Assembly (NCBI RefSeq): GCF_006345805.1
Contig: NC_043003.1
Span: forward strand, 72,106,001 to 72,170,000
From: Octopus sinensis
Taxonomy: Eukaryota
Direction of reading: 5' to 3'
Length of the DNA: 64,000 nucleotides
The translations under genes and the position numbers were made by a program. The notes under the pieces were generated by a model. It saw only the letters and a list, made by a program, of their open reading frames with translations, made no database searches and was not told the origin of the DNA. This document shows, in pieces, positions 1 through 12,500 of this stretch (position 1 is its first letter; every line of letters starts with the position of its first letter).

Positions 1-1200
1 CATTTAGCGGCATTTTGTGTCTCCAATCTTTTTAGAAACAACTTTATGTATTGGTAAACACTCAACGCCATTGGAAGAAAGCATGACAATTAAAGTTGTA
101 GTTCAGAAACAATTTAACTTACATGGAAGACTGAAGCCATCTGAATATGGGGAAAGAGTTACTTGTACCATAGTGATTCGCACCGGGTATCATGCCAACA
201 TCATGTCTGCTGCTGAATGCTCTGTGAACACTGTAAAGGCTGCAAGACGTGATATGAACAGCTGTAACGGGGACTAAAAAGCCGTGGCCAGCAAGAAGAG
301 ACTCAACACGCGTTCTGACTGCGTCTGCATGACGGAATTCAGATAACAACGGTAGGTAATAGAGGATCTGAGCAAAGGGATCCGGGCGTTGGCGAGAGAG
401 ATGGGTGTTAGAGTCACCTCTATGAAGCTGGCCCTGAATGAGGACCTTCGCTACCACTTGTATAAGAGGCCCAAGGGAGAAATTATGACAACCAAGGCAA
501 AGGAAAAACGCCCTGAGGAAGGCAGAGAGGCTCCTGTACAAGTTGAGGCATTCTTCTGAGCCGGGGTTAATCTGGCTTTCCTCAGATGAAAAGAACTGCC
601 GGGATCAGGTGTTCAACACCCAGAACAACTGGTGGCTTGCCTACAACCCATGTGACATCTCATATATTTTGCAAACCAAATTCCTCCAAGCTGTGACGGT
701 CTTTGGGTGTGTCTCCAGTATGAGTGACGTCATGCCACCCCACATCTTAGATTTAGACGGTTATGTAAAACCGCTAGAGTCTGTGGTCAAACCGTGGCTG
801 GAGAAGGTTGCTGCTGGAAGGGCATATGTGTGGAGGAAGCATTCGGCTTCTTACCATACCTCCGGAGAGAGTCCGAAATGGTCGCTGGAGAATTTCTACA
901 ACTTTACCAGCCCCAATTTCTGACCTCCATTGTAACTCCATGGATTAATATGTGTGGGACGCGGATAAGAAAGATACCAATCACTCTATCTGCAACAATA
1001 AGACCGAGCTGGTCACCAAATATCTTCCCAGGAACAAAGCGAGAAACTCATACGCCAGGTTCCAGGGTTAACTCGAAGCTGTGATAGAAGGTGAGGGCAG
1101 CTATGTTGAGTAAACTGTTATATCCCAGCCATAATCTAGTTGGAATTTTTTGATCTTTTAAAATACTTTTATTTTTGGATGGGATGTTGTATTTTCTTTT
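1..1200 (+). mobile_element. Decayed Tc1/mariner-superfamily transposon, maT (DD37D)-like; left end probably outside window
   Basis: Broken frames read IRALAREMG..LNEDLRY (HTH region), LIWLSSDEKN, TKF..AVTVFGCVSS.SDVMPPH, VVKPWLEKVAAGRAYVW and LEAVIEGEGSYVE-stop (1113). These resemble maT-type transposases. Several stops and frameshifts. Confidence 0.75.
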
Positions 1201-1229
1201 CCGTTTATGCAAACTGTCAAATTGAACCT

Positions 1230-2000
1230 TAATACCTTGTTTGCATATATAAACATAAGTAGGTTTCTGCCATCTTTAGCCCAGCCTATGTCAAACACAT
1301 GGAAAATTTTGTGGGGGGACATCATAGTCCACTTGAATAATTCTTTGCCTCAATTTATTAGAGAGCTGGTTTTTCGTCAGGTATTTTTTGCCCAAGTGCC
1401 GGTAAGAAAGTATTTTCTTGGATTTATTTCGAAGTATCCTTGATTAAAGCAGGACCAGTCGAAATTAAAAGGGTGTGTATTAATATTGTTTTGTGATGTG
1501 AGCTCGAATGTTTTAGGCAGCGTATGATGCAGGGCTTAGCCTTGGTATGACTCGGACGAAGTTAATACATGATTTCCATATTGTACAAATGATCTAATGT
1601 TTACGACGTCGTTCGAAAGAATAAAGTTTGAGCTTTGTAAGGCGATCTCATTAACCAAGGCCTATCATGCCATTTATTTTTCAATTTTTACTGTCTTTTC
1701 TTGTGATCGATCTTTGCATGTCTTAATTCCCATATTTTGTTTTGTAAAATGTGATGCAGCAGGAAGCAGTATTCAAGGTGGAACTAAGCGAAGTTGGGAA
1801 GGGGAGTATCATGGTACCAAGATCTCTAGACTGGAAAGTTCTAAGGATTCATGAGTACATTCTGCGTGCCATATCAAATTTATTGTTGAACTCCAGTTTC
1901 GGTTGTCCACAGTTACATCGAAGTCAGTGATATTACCTGACGTCACATGATGCACTCCTGAAGGAAGAGTCTATGGTTATTTAAATGTTCCCATTTCTCA
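1230..2000 (-). mobile_element. Possible highly decayed Penelope-like RT relic
   Basis: Scattered minus-strand motifs only (ASCDV, LEFNNKF, GTM); no continuous frame. Confidence 0.3.
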
Positions 2001-2629
2001 TTTCCAAAGAGGACTGGCTCAAAAGCTTCCTTGCTAAAACTGCATGTAATTTTGTTTATTTTCGAATCATTATAGTGTATAGATCAGATTGGTGTTCTAT
2101 TCTGTCGTATACTCACTTGGAGATTTTTTGAAGCTAAGGGTAACCTACAAAGATTCTACGATGTCATTTTTATGTCAATTACGTAAATAATAGATAGAAG
2201 TGGCCTCAACACATTACTCCGATAAGGACATCCCTTATGAATTTTTGCTGGTCTTGAATAGACTCCATGTATCACAATATGTTAGATTCTGTTGGCCAGG
2301 AAAGGATTTATTCACTATGTTAAATAATATTCTCAGTAGAATTCTATGGTCCACTTTGTCGAAAGCTTAACTGAAGTAAAGATAAATGAAGCCGGTATTA
2401 TCACCCTCCCCCAGAGCATTTAGAATGCCATCAAAAGCAGAAGCTGTGTTAGGCCATCTCTTCTACTATGGAAATCATATTGGTTGGGATTTAGGAGATG
2501 ATTTCTCTCCCTGAGAAAGCTGGTAATTATTTTTTTATCATACTACCACGAAGAATACATATATACATATACACATATAAGTATATGAAGATATATACGT
2601 GTGTGTATGTCGGCCATCAACCAGGTTTT

Positions 2630-2830
2630 TTTCTAGTCCGTTCTTTGAAGACCTCTGTCCATAAACGCCTTTGACGTGCGCTTGCTCTCTTCCCCTCATC
2701 TTTTCCTGTCAGGATAGTCTTGGGTAGTAACTATTTGCTCGCTGTATTTGCAAAATATGCTGGCTTTGTTGACTTCTGGATAATAGGCTGGACTTGCCTT
2801 GTACTGTGCCATTTGTTACCATGTTTTTTC
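2630..2830 (-). mobile_element. RTE-clade LINE ORF C-terminal fragment
   Basis: Minus frame reads PKTILTGKDEGKRASARQRRLWTEVFKERT, matching the RTE C-terminal G-K-x-x-G-K-R-x-R-G-R-Q/P...W pattern. Confidence 0.5.
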
Positions 2831-3212
2831 CAATTTATCCTACCCAATCTGCATAAGATCAGCATCTCAGGGTTTCTCTTTTCTCTTCATAGCTGTGCAT
2901 ATTGTCCATGTTTCCGACAAGAAAGGCCAATATGACTGCAATAAATAAATAAATATATAAAAGACAGAGATTGTTGGTAAGACAGAACAAAAAGAACCAA
3001 ATATAAAGGGAAATAGAAAGAAGCTTGAACAAGAAAAAAAAACTCAAGTATTTAGGAAAAATACTAAATCAGGAAGGTCGCTGTGAAGAACTTATTCAAA
3101 GAATAAATTAGGTTAAAAAAACATTTATAGAATGAAAAAGATCTTCACCTCAAAAGACACAATACTGCACCTAAAACTGAGGTTAGTAAACTATTATGTG
3201 TGCGCACATACG

Positions 3213-3810
3213 TGTATATATATATATATATATATAATATATATATAATATAATATATATATATATATATGATATATATTATATGTATAATATTATATAT
3301 ATATATATATTATATATATATACATATGTATATTATATATATATGTATATCTATATATATATATATATATATAATATATATATAGTATATATATATATAT
3401 ATATATATCTATATATAATGTATATATATATATATATATATATATATCTATATATATATTTATATCTATATATATATATCATAGATATATATATATATAT
3501 ATATATATATCTATATATATATATATATCTATATATATATATATCTATATATATATATCTATATATATATCTATATATATATATCTATAATATATCTATA
3601 TATATATATATCTATATATATATATATATATATATTATATACATACATACATACGATATACATACATGCATGCATACATACATACATATATGTGTGTTTG
3701 TATGTAGATATATGTTATGGATATATGTATATATGTATGCATATGCACATACGCATACCTGTATACGTGTGTGTGTGCGTGTGCAAGCATGTATGTATGC
3801 ATGTATATGC
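3213..3810. repeat. Long imperfect (TA)n/(TC)/(CA)/(TG) compound microsatellite
   Basis: Directly visible dinucleotide array. Confidence 0.95.
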
Positions 3811-4129
3811 ATAACTCACTGGAATTCACTTGCCATTAAGGAACAAGAAAAGCTGTTGTTCTGAAGACGAGGCGGCAGCTGCGAACACGTGTTTCTGCCT
3901 CAGTATGTTGTCACACGTATAAAGGAAATATACGAAATGTCTGCCCCCACCTACGCGCACGCACTTACATTTATGCATGCATACATACATGCATGCGTAT
4001 ACGTATACACAGAAAAACGAGATAAGTATGCTCGAATGTATACATACATACATATGTGTATGTGTGTGTATCTATCTATATAGATATATAGATATATAAT
4101 ATATGTTTGTGTGTATATATATCTTCTTT

Positions 4130-4522
4130 TTCTCTTTTATCTTTTACTTGTTTCAGTCATTTGACTGCGGCCATGCTGGAGCACCGCCTTTAGTCGAGCA
4201 AATCGACCCCGGGACTTATTCTTTGTAAGCCCAGTACTTATTCTATCGGTCTCTTTTGCCGAACCGCTAAGTGACGGGGACGTAAACACACCAGCATCGG
4301 TTGTCAAGCAATGCTAGGGGGACAAACACACAAACACACACAATATATATACATATATACGACAGGCTTCTTTCAGTTTCCGTCTACCAAATCCACTCAC
4401 AAGGCATTGGTCGGCCCGGGGCTATAGCAGAAGACACTTGCCCAAGATGCCACGCAGTGGGACTGAACCGGAGCCATGTGGCTGGTTAGCAAGCTACTTA
4501 CCACACAGCCACTCCTGCGCCT
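4130..4522 (-). mobile_element. tRNA-derived SINE family A, young full-length copy
   Basis: Head GGCGCAGGAGTGGCTGTGTGGTAAG with A-box and a B-box-like GGTTCAGTCCC; internal (TA/TG)n; (GTAAAA/GATAAAA)n tail. Near-identical to 10280-10688, 23650-24072 and 40165-40549. Confidence 0.9.
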
Positions 4523-4864
4523 ATATATTTATATATATATATATAGTGTGTGTGGTGTGGGTGTGTGTATATATATATATATATATATAATATAATATAT
4601 ATATATATGTGTGTGTGTGTGCATGTGTGTGGATATAAATATATATACATATGTGTGTGTACAAAGTGCATTCCAGAAGATTTGAAACTTAGGAGAAGCA
4701 AATGCAACTGTCCTAGATTACTGTAAATTTAGTATATTATTATTAAACATCTAATAAGATGACCTGCCAACTATGTTTTTGTAGATCGGAGGAGATGGAC
4801 GTAACAGTACCTCATACACTCCCTACTAAACAGCGCTCGTTACAGTTCGAATAGTTTGAAGCTT

Positions 4865-5035
4865 ACATTGCAAGAAAGTCTTGTGTTAAACTAGCAAAAA
4901 ACTGACAGAAACTTATGAAATGATCCACACTACTTATGTAGTACATCGTATCAGCCGACCGTTTATCGCTGGCGCAATAGGTTCAAAAGCAGAGAGGAGG
5001 TGAAAGATGATGAGAAGTGTGGGATGAGAGGGACG
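4865..5035 (+). mobile_element. Mariner transposase N-terminal relic
   Basis: Frameshifted SCVKLAK..TETYEM and VYRWRNRFKSREEVKDDEKCG resemble the mariner HTH region. Confidence 0.45.
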
Positions 5036-5103
5036 CTAGAACCTCAGAGCTGGTGCGAAAATTCTCAATTTTCTGGAAGAAGACTGTCGTGTGCCTATCA
5101 TTA

Positions 5104-6388
5104 TCAGGTCATCCCATAAGTTCTGTCCGATTTTACCTTTTTTTAAATTGAATGAAATTTAATAGTATTTTAGAGTATCTAATGGAATTAAAAATTATTT
5201 TTATGCATTTGTGTACATTTAAACTAATTAAATATTATTTTACAGAATAATAGAATTAAAATTTCTTTGATTAAAACCCTTTCTAAAATGGAAATGTTTA
5301 AAGAGCATTTAAGGCACATAATGCTTTATGTGTACAAGAAAGGAAACCCTTTAGCTGAAGCGACTCGAAACATACACTCAGTTTATGGGAAAGAATACTA
5401 GAATGAAAGAACTTGCAGAAGATGGTCTGCAAAATTCAGAATAGAGAGTTCAGCCTTGACGATGAAAATCGAACAGGATGTCCAGTTGAGTTTGATGATA
5501 AGCTCCATGAGGCATTACTTGAAGAAAATCCTGCATTATCAGTTGAAGAATTGGCAATAAAGCTTAGTTTAAATCATACAACTGTTTATCGTCATCTTCA
5601 ACAACTTGGAAAGGTATCCTAAACTTGGAAAATGGGTGCCTCATGAAGTGTCCGAAAGCAACCGCAAATCCCGAGTTGACATCTGCTCTTCTCTCCATTC
5701 TCGCGAACTCATTTCACCCTTTTTGGATAGACTTGTGATTGATGATGAAAAATGGATCTTCTATCGAAATGTTAAACGTCGTAAACAGTGGCTTGGTAAA
5801 AGGGAAAATGCTCAACCACAACCGAGAAGGGAAGTTCATGGGGGAAAAGGTTCTTTTCTCTATCTGGTGGGATTGCAAAGGAGTAATTCACGTTGAATTG
5901 TTACCACCTGATGCAACAATCAATGCTCAGGTCTACTGTCAGCAATTAGAGCGTTTGAACCAAGCTTTGAAGAAATAACGACCCGCTTTAGTGAATCGTA
6001 AAGGAGTGATATTTCATCAGGACAATGCACGACTCCACACTGCAAAGACCACACCATAGATCAAAAAGCTTGGTTGGGAAAAATTCCTCATCCACCTTAT
6101 TCTGCAGACCTTGCTCCTTCAGACTACCATTTGTTTTATAGTTTACAGAATCATTTGGGGGACATAACTTTCGCAAGCCAGGAGGAGGTCGAAACTGATA
6201 TGTCAGAGTTCTTCGCTTTGAAACCAAAATAGTTTTACATTGATGGGATTAAAAAGCTTGTAAATAGATGGAAGGAAGTCATAGATAATCACCGAAAGTA
6301 CATTGATGATTAAATTTCAATTAAATATAACATTTTATCACTTGTTTTCTTTATTCAAAATTCGGACAGAACTTATTGGATGATCTAA
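5104..6388 (+). mobile_element. Full-length mariner (DD34D) element, about 1285 bp
   Basis: TIRs of about 30 bp (TCAGGTCATCCCATAAGTTCTGTCCGA vs reverse complement TTAGATCATCCAATAAGTTCTGTCCGA); TA target duplication at 5102-5103 and 6389-6390; internal transposase. Confidence 0.95.
5288..6313 (+). pseudogene. Mariner transposase pseudogene
   Basis: ATG at 5288 (MEMFKEHLRHIMLY), WVPHEV, IDDEKW, HQDNAR and YSADLAPSDYHLF motifs, stop at 6311-6313. Several frameshifts and in-frame stops. Confidence 0.9.
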
Positions 6389-6450
6389 TACAATAAGCAT
6401 TCAGTTTGGAGTCGGTGTGGCAACTGCATACTAAGTTACATGAAAGTACT

Positions 6451-6866
6451 GGCGTGGCTGAGTGGTAAGTAGTTTGCTTCCCAACCAGATTGTTCGTGTT
6501 CAGTTCCATCACGTGGCACCTTCGGGAAATACCTTCTACTATAGCTTCGGGTCGACCAATACCTTGTCAATGGATTTGATAGACTGGAACTGAAAGAAAC
6601 CCGTCCGTCGAATATGTGTATGTGTGTGTGTGTGTGTGTCTTTGAGTCTGTTTTTCTGCGTTTGTTCTCCACCACCGTTTGACAGCCAGTGTTTTTTTTT
6701 TCTTATTTACGTCCTCGTTAATTAGCGGTTCGGCAAAAGTGACTGATAAAATAAGTACCAGGGTTTTAAAAATTACTGAGTTTGATTCGTTCGACCAAAA
6801 ATTCTTCAAAACGATGCCCCAACATAACCGCAGACTAATGACTGTAAAGAATAAAAGATAAAAGAT
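6451..6866 (+). mobile_element. SINE family A, older copy
   Basis: Same head/body/tail architecture as 4130-4522, more diverged. Confidence 0.8.
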
Positions 6867-7386
6867 AGAAATTTGTTTTCTATCAATTCGGTGTTTAACC
6901 TTGGATTTCGAACTTTGGAATGTCATAAAATCTGTCTTCTATCAATTTGGTGTTCAAACTTGGGTTTCGAAACTTGGCCCCAGATGTGACACAGAAATTC
7001 TTTTAAATCTGACAAAAGTTCTGGCGAATTCCTAGCGCAAAACAATTGTCCCTCACCCGCTCTTTAGTCTAGACTTTGGTTGTTCCTTAAGATGAAGGAA
7101 TGTATGTATGTACGTAGGACTGGCACTTTACGTTGACAAACTTTAGTAGACAGGACTGTTACTACATAGATCTCATTCTGATATTTAAAACTATATATAT
7201 ATATATGAGATTATAAACACATAGGGTTATTACACAGGTAATATTGAATAAGTATATATTATATATTTATTCAATATTCTATACGGTTATCTGTCACTGA
7301 ATATATTTGTGGAACTCCGTTAGTGTATACAGTTTATATAAAAACAATTATACAAGAAGACGAAATAAACAGGATTTAATTACAAA

Positions 7387-7530
7387 CTACAACAATTGTT
7401 TCGGCGCAGCGATAACAACTGTGAGTTGCTGAGCTGTCAGTATCATACTATTACATAGATTATTTTATAAATAATTAAATAAATAAATATGATCCAGTAG
7501 CAGCTGCGTACCGGCACGTCATCAGGTAAG
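7387..7530 (-). ncRNA. Hammerhead-ribozyme-like motif with long loop 2
   Basis: TTAC-CTGATGA-...CGCAGC..GCTGCG-CC-GAAA-CAATTG-TT-GTAG: stem I TTAC/GTAG, palindromic stem III ACAATTGT, GUU triplet. Confidence 0.5.
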
Positions 7531-7738
7531 ATGCTTTCAAAGCCTTCTGTATCTTGGAATAAACAGGTTTTAATTACAAAATAAGCACTGCTTTCAAAGC
7601 ATCTTACCTGATGACGTGCCGGTTCACAGCTGCTGGATCAGATTTATTTATGTAATTATTTATAAAATAATTTATGTAATAGTAGTATACTGACAACTTC
7701 GCAACTAACAGCTGCCACTACTGCACAGAAACAATTGT
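7392..7738. repeat. Fold-back inverted repeat, arms of about 150 bp (7392-7543 and 7590-7738)
   Basis: Reverse complement of the right arm aligns along the whole left arm, including CCGGCACGTCATCAGGTAAGATGC / GCATCTTACCTGATGACGTGCCGG. Confidence 0.9.
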
Positions 7739-7742
7739 ATAA

Positions 7743-8197
7743 CTTTTACCTTTTACTGGTTTCAATCATTAGGTTGCGGTCATGCTGGGGAGCCGTCTTA
7801 AAGAATTTCAGTCGAATCAAACGACTTCAGTACATTGTTTTTAAGCCTTGCACTGATTCTACCGGTTTATTTTGCGGAGCCATTAGATTACGGGAACGTA
7901 AACACATCAACACCGGTTATCGAGCAGTGATGGGGGACAAACACAGGCACCTATTACACTCACACATACGCACGCGCATACACACACACATGCGTCCACG
8001 CATGCGCGCACACACGCACACACTCACACACACAAACATATACGACGGGCTTCATTCAGTTTCCATCTATCAAATCACCTCACAAGAATGTGGTCGGCCA
8101 GAGGCCATGGTAGAAGACAGTTGCCAAGGTGCCTTGTAGTGGGACTGAATTCGGAACTGTATAGGTAGGAAGCAAACTTCTTATCACGCTGCAACGC

Positions 8198-8199
<2 letters not shown>
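7743..8199 (-). mobile_element. SINE family A, diverged copy
   Basis: Homology to 4130-4522 across head, body and tail. Confidence 0.8.
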
Positions 8200-8232
<33 letters not shown>

Positions 8233-8381
8233 CTCACAAGACGTTTGCCAGTGACTGCCGTCGACTGGACGGGTCAGCTGATCTAGGCGAATCAAAAGAG
8301 ACGTAGTCCCGTTCGTGTTTCAATTTGAATTCGTTTTTAAGAGTAACAGAAATGACTTTACAAATTGTAATTAGTGCGATT

Positions 8382-8413
<32 letters not shown>

Positions 8414-9149
8414 TGTATGTATGTATGTATGTATATAATTGTGAGTGTGTATGTGTGTGTGTGTGTGGTGTGTCTGTGTGTGTATCTGAGTATTATGTAT
8501 GTAGTCATGGTTACTATTCATAGTAGGAGCATATACTGAAATGTCATTCTTATAACGTCCCATTGAAAAAAAACCAACTCTCAAATGCGTTATTCAATAG
8601 CTAATATCTTGTGGTTGCTCCAGCCACACGGGGACCGCTATTCGGACAGCGAACCCAACTCCTCGCTTCTTTTTTCTGCTAATTTGATTTTACCTTCCAG
8701 ATGAAAGTGTAGTCAACATCCACTTATGAATGATGGCCTCCATTACTAAGACGACTTCCTGAAAGTGCAGCTGTATCTATATTAACCTTGCTCAATTCTC
8801 AGCCTACAATTGCAGTCCTGCACTCTGGATTTAGATTTGAGAATGAATAATTACCGGTCAAAAAGTGTTTTAACATTTCATGTCGTGACATCGAATTTAA
8901 TTCTGTTCATTTGAAAAGTAATATTCTGTTCTTTTTCTTTTATTTCCTTTACTATTATTTTGTCCTGCTATGAACAATCAGCTTGGTAGTGGAGCAGATG
9001 TTGTTCGGGTCACCTTTTCTAGATAGCTCCCAAAATTTGAGTGAGCAGTGTTCTCCCTTAAAATGGCTGCTCAGTCGCGAAAGATTTCGCCCAAGCCAAA
9101 TCACACTCCTGAAACTAGCAACGACGTTTTATAAATATTAAGTCGCTTT

Positions 9150-9460
9150 CGTATAGATTGGTGGCTGTATACTTCCAACTCACTAGGTCTGTATACTTCA
9201 CTACCTTCCCATCGCAGCAGGAGTTTTGAAAAGAGTATCCGACTCTTTAAAGAGTAGCTGACGCGTCCTGAACATCAAGTGGATCTCTTATACACCGCAC
9301 ACTGTCATAATCGAGAGAACAGGTAGCGTTAGTATTGAGAAAAGAATAATTGCATTGGCCTGTATGGAAGCTGCCTAAAGAGGATCTTTATGGGAAGCTA
9401 GCGAGAGAAAAATCAACATAAACCAAAGAAGCGATTTAGGTAATCTTAAGTATGTGTCAC
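9150..9460 (+). mobile_element. Old RTE LINE relic
   Basis: GCILPT and LYGKLARE..HKPKKRF resemble ACVLPSLL and FYGELAKGERPPHKPKKRY in the RTE copy at 36977-37922. Confidence 0.35.
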
Positions 9461-9631
9461 TGTGGATATCTGGCTGAAAACCGTGCATCATGGAGTACGA
9501 TTGTTAAGAATAGATATGCTGTCTATGAGCAAAAGTGAGTGGAGCATTCTGCTCTGAAACTTTCACTTTATAAGCAAGACTCGAGGTCACATACACACAC
9601 ACAGAGTAGAACCACCAAGCTCCTCCATGGA

Positions 9632-9862
9632 TCATTATTTACATTATTTACAATTGACAGATATTTGTCCTCATCTTGTTTGTTGTTAACACAACGTTTT
9701 ATCAGGTGTCTTGGGGAAATTTCAAACCTGGGTTCTCATTCCTCAGGCACTTTTCGATGTTGTTATTGTTGTTGTTGTTATTATTATTATTCAGGTCACT
9801 GCTTGGAATCGAACTCGGAATCTTGGAGTAAGTAGCCCGCCTCTTAACCACTACGCCATATG
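9632..9862 (-). repeat. Penelope pseudo-LTR (left copy) with tRNA-like head, (AAT/AAC)n and collapsed hammerhead
   Basis: A-box TGGCGTAGTGG (9848-9858) and B-box GTTCGATTCC (9805-9814). Inverted homology to 11287-11400 plus 12405-12560. Starts about 40 bp after the PLE ORF stop. Confidence 0.8.
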
Positions 9863-9899
9863 CCCGTGGGCAATTATGGAGTGAATCTTATTTTTAGGG

Positions 9900-11286
9900 C
9901 TTATAAATATAATATTCTCCTATCCTTCCTTAATACCGGTTCCCATATGGTGTTCATATGTGCACTCGGTCTGCTTAAAAAGTTGTTGTGTCCTAGCATG
10001 TGCTGCTTCTTTTAGTTTTCGTATTTTCCAGTGGTGTTCTCTGTCTATTTTAACTTCATTCCACAGGGGAATATGGTCTCCATTTTTTCATACATGATCA
10101 GCTATACCCGATTTATCAATATCTCCCCGTGTCACAGCTTTGCGATGTTCCTCTACCCTTATTTGGGGTGTGGGGGGGGGCATGTTTCGCCACAGTTGCA
10201 TGGGATGGAGTACAAGCAATTCTTGGTCATTTTCTCTTCTATTGGTGGTTTTACTCGACTGAGATATTTAGGAAGTGTTCTCTTTTTCTCTTTCTCTTTT
10301 ACTTGTTTCAGTCATTTGACTGTGGCCATGCTAGAGCACCACCTTTAGTCAAGCAAATCGACCCCGGGACTTATTCTTTGTAAGCCCAGTACTTATTCTA
10401 TCGATCTCTTTTGCCGAACCGCTAAGTGACGGGGACGTAAACACACCAGCATCGGTTGTCAAGCAATGCTAGGGGGACAAACACAGACACACAAACACAC
10501 ACACACACACACATATATATACATATATACGACAGGCTTCTTTCAGTTTCCGTCTACCAAATCCACTCACAAGGCATTGGTCGGCCCGGGGCTATAGCAG
10601 AAGACACTTGCCCAAGATGCCACGCAGTGGGACTGAACCCGGAACCATGTGGTTGGTTAGCAAGCTACTTACCACACAGCCACTCCTGTTGTATTGTTTT
10701 TTTTTAATAATGTCCTGATGTCATATGGGCCGCATGTCTTTTGCATCTTCTTGGAGAGGCCTTTCACATAGGGTAGACAGAGTGTGGACAGTTTATCGGT
10801 TTAATCCTCTCTTTTCTTCATAATTAGAGTGGAGAGTATGCATTCGGGATAGTTGTTACTGAGCTTGATCATTTCTTCGTGGTGGTATCACGATCGTTAC
10901 TTATATTCATTGCTCAATGTTTTAGGCACTGAGCAATCTCTCTCTTTACTCTGTATGGATGGTGGGGGTTGAAGTTGAGGTATCGTCCAGTGAAGGTCGG
11001 CTTGCAGTATACGGATGTCCTGAATCCATACTTGGTGCGTGTTATTAATAACGTCCAGGAATGCTAGCTGATTATCTTTTTCTTTTTCTATTTTGAACCG
11101 TATGGATGGCTTTATTGAGTTCACATGATCTAACAGCACTTGGACATCTTCCTGGTGGGGCCAGAGTATTAAGGTGTCATCAACATATTGCAGCCATATG
11201 GTTGGTTTTAGTGGTGTTGATCCTAAAGCCAAATTCTCAAAGTATTCCATGTATATATTGGTTATTAGCGGTGATAATGGCGAACC
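9900..11286 (-). mobile_element. 5'-truncated Penelope-like element (RT C-half plus GIY-YIG; Poseidon-like), split by a SINE
   Basis: GSPLSPLITNIYME, WLQYVDDTLILW, IRFKIEKEKDNQLAFLDV, LCLPYVKGLS, TKNCLYSIPCNCGE and RKLKEAAHM-like segments; frameshifted. Confidence 0.9.
10280..10688 (-). mobile_element. SINE family A, young copy inserted into the Penelope ORF
   Basis: Near-identical to 4130-4522; the Penelope frame resumes on both sides. Confidence 0.9.
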
Positions 11287-11404
11287 CGTTGTGGTATAGA
11301 GCACGGGCTACTAACCCCAAGATTCCGAGTTCGATTCCAGGCAGTGACCTGAATAACAACAACAACAACAATAATAATAATAATAATAATATAATAATAA
11401 TAAT

Positions 11405-12341
11405 AATAATAGAAGAAGATGAAGAAACAACAAAAGCTATAAAACAAATGAAATCCAAACTAAAACTAGAACAGCAAAGAACCATGATAAAACGATGGCA
11501 AGAAAAACCCCTTCATGGTAAATACTGGACTAAACTAAATGAAGAAGAAATAGACAAAGAAAAATCCCAGCAATGGTTGAGAAGCTCAGGACTCAAAGCA
11601 GAGACAGAGGGATTTTTAATTGCAGCACAAGACCAAAGCCTCCCCACCAAAAACATGTAAGGAAAAGAAATATAACAAGTAACTGCAGAATATGTGGAGA
11701 TGGGCAAGAAACAATAAATCATATTATCTCTGGCTGCCCAGTCCTGGCTAAGAAGGAATATATTCACAGACATGACAGAGTTGGAACCTACATACACTGA
11801 AAGCTATGCCAACATTATGGAATAACAACAGAAAAAAGATGGTATAGGCACACACCAGAAAAGGTCACAGAAAACGAGAAAGCAACCATACTCTGGGATA
11901 TGCCGATACACACATATAGAGAAATTAAGGCCAACAGACCAGATATAGTTGTCAGAGATCATGAAGAAAAAAAATGCTTTCTAATTGATGTATCAATACC
12001 GGCTGATGACAACGTGTCTCTAAAAGAAATGGAGAAACTTAAAAAATATAAAGACCTGGAAATAGAGGTAACCAGAATGTGGAATCTAAAAACAGAAACA
12101 ATTCCTATTATACTAGGTGCATTAGGTATGATAAAAAATATTCAGACAAATACATAACAAAAACACCAGGACTTCCAAACACATATAACATACAGAAAAT
12201 TGCACTACTAGGCACTGCACACATCCTACGCAGAACACTTTCCATACAATAAGCATCACAACAAATCACAGCACATACCCAAGGCACACAGAACTGTGCT
12301 CGGTAGTGAAGTGAAAGCACGCTATAAAAATAAAACTACTG

Positions 12342-12404
<63 letters not shown>

Positions 12405-12405
12405 T
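11405..12405 (+). mobile_element. 5'-truncated R4/Dong-clade non-LTR retrotransposon (CCHC knuckle plus REL endonuclease)
   Basis: ETEGFLIAAQDQSL, CRICGDGQETINHIISGC, ANRPDIVV, CFLIDVSIP, KLKKYKDL and QKIALLGTAHILRRTL. (TAC)n(TAA)n 3' tail; embedded in (AAT)n. Confidence 0.9.
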
Positions 12406-12456
12406 ATATCGAAAAATACCTTATGAATGAGAACCCAGGTTCGAAATTTCCCCAAA

Positions 12457-12500
12457 ACGCCTGATGAAGTCTGTAGGGTATATCAGCCGAAATGTTGTGT
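12457..12500 (+). ncRNA. Minimal type I hammerhead-ribozyme-like motif in pseudo-LTR
   Basis: ACGC-CTGATGA-a-GTCTG-tagggtatat-CAGCC-GAAA-TG-TT-GTGT; stems I and II can pair with wobble or one mismatch. Confidence 0.6.

Noticed and set aside
9800-9860. Genuine tRNA genes at SINE and pseudo-LTR heads
   Set aside because: A/B boxes are present, but the anticodon and T stems pair poorly and the heads run into repeat bodies.
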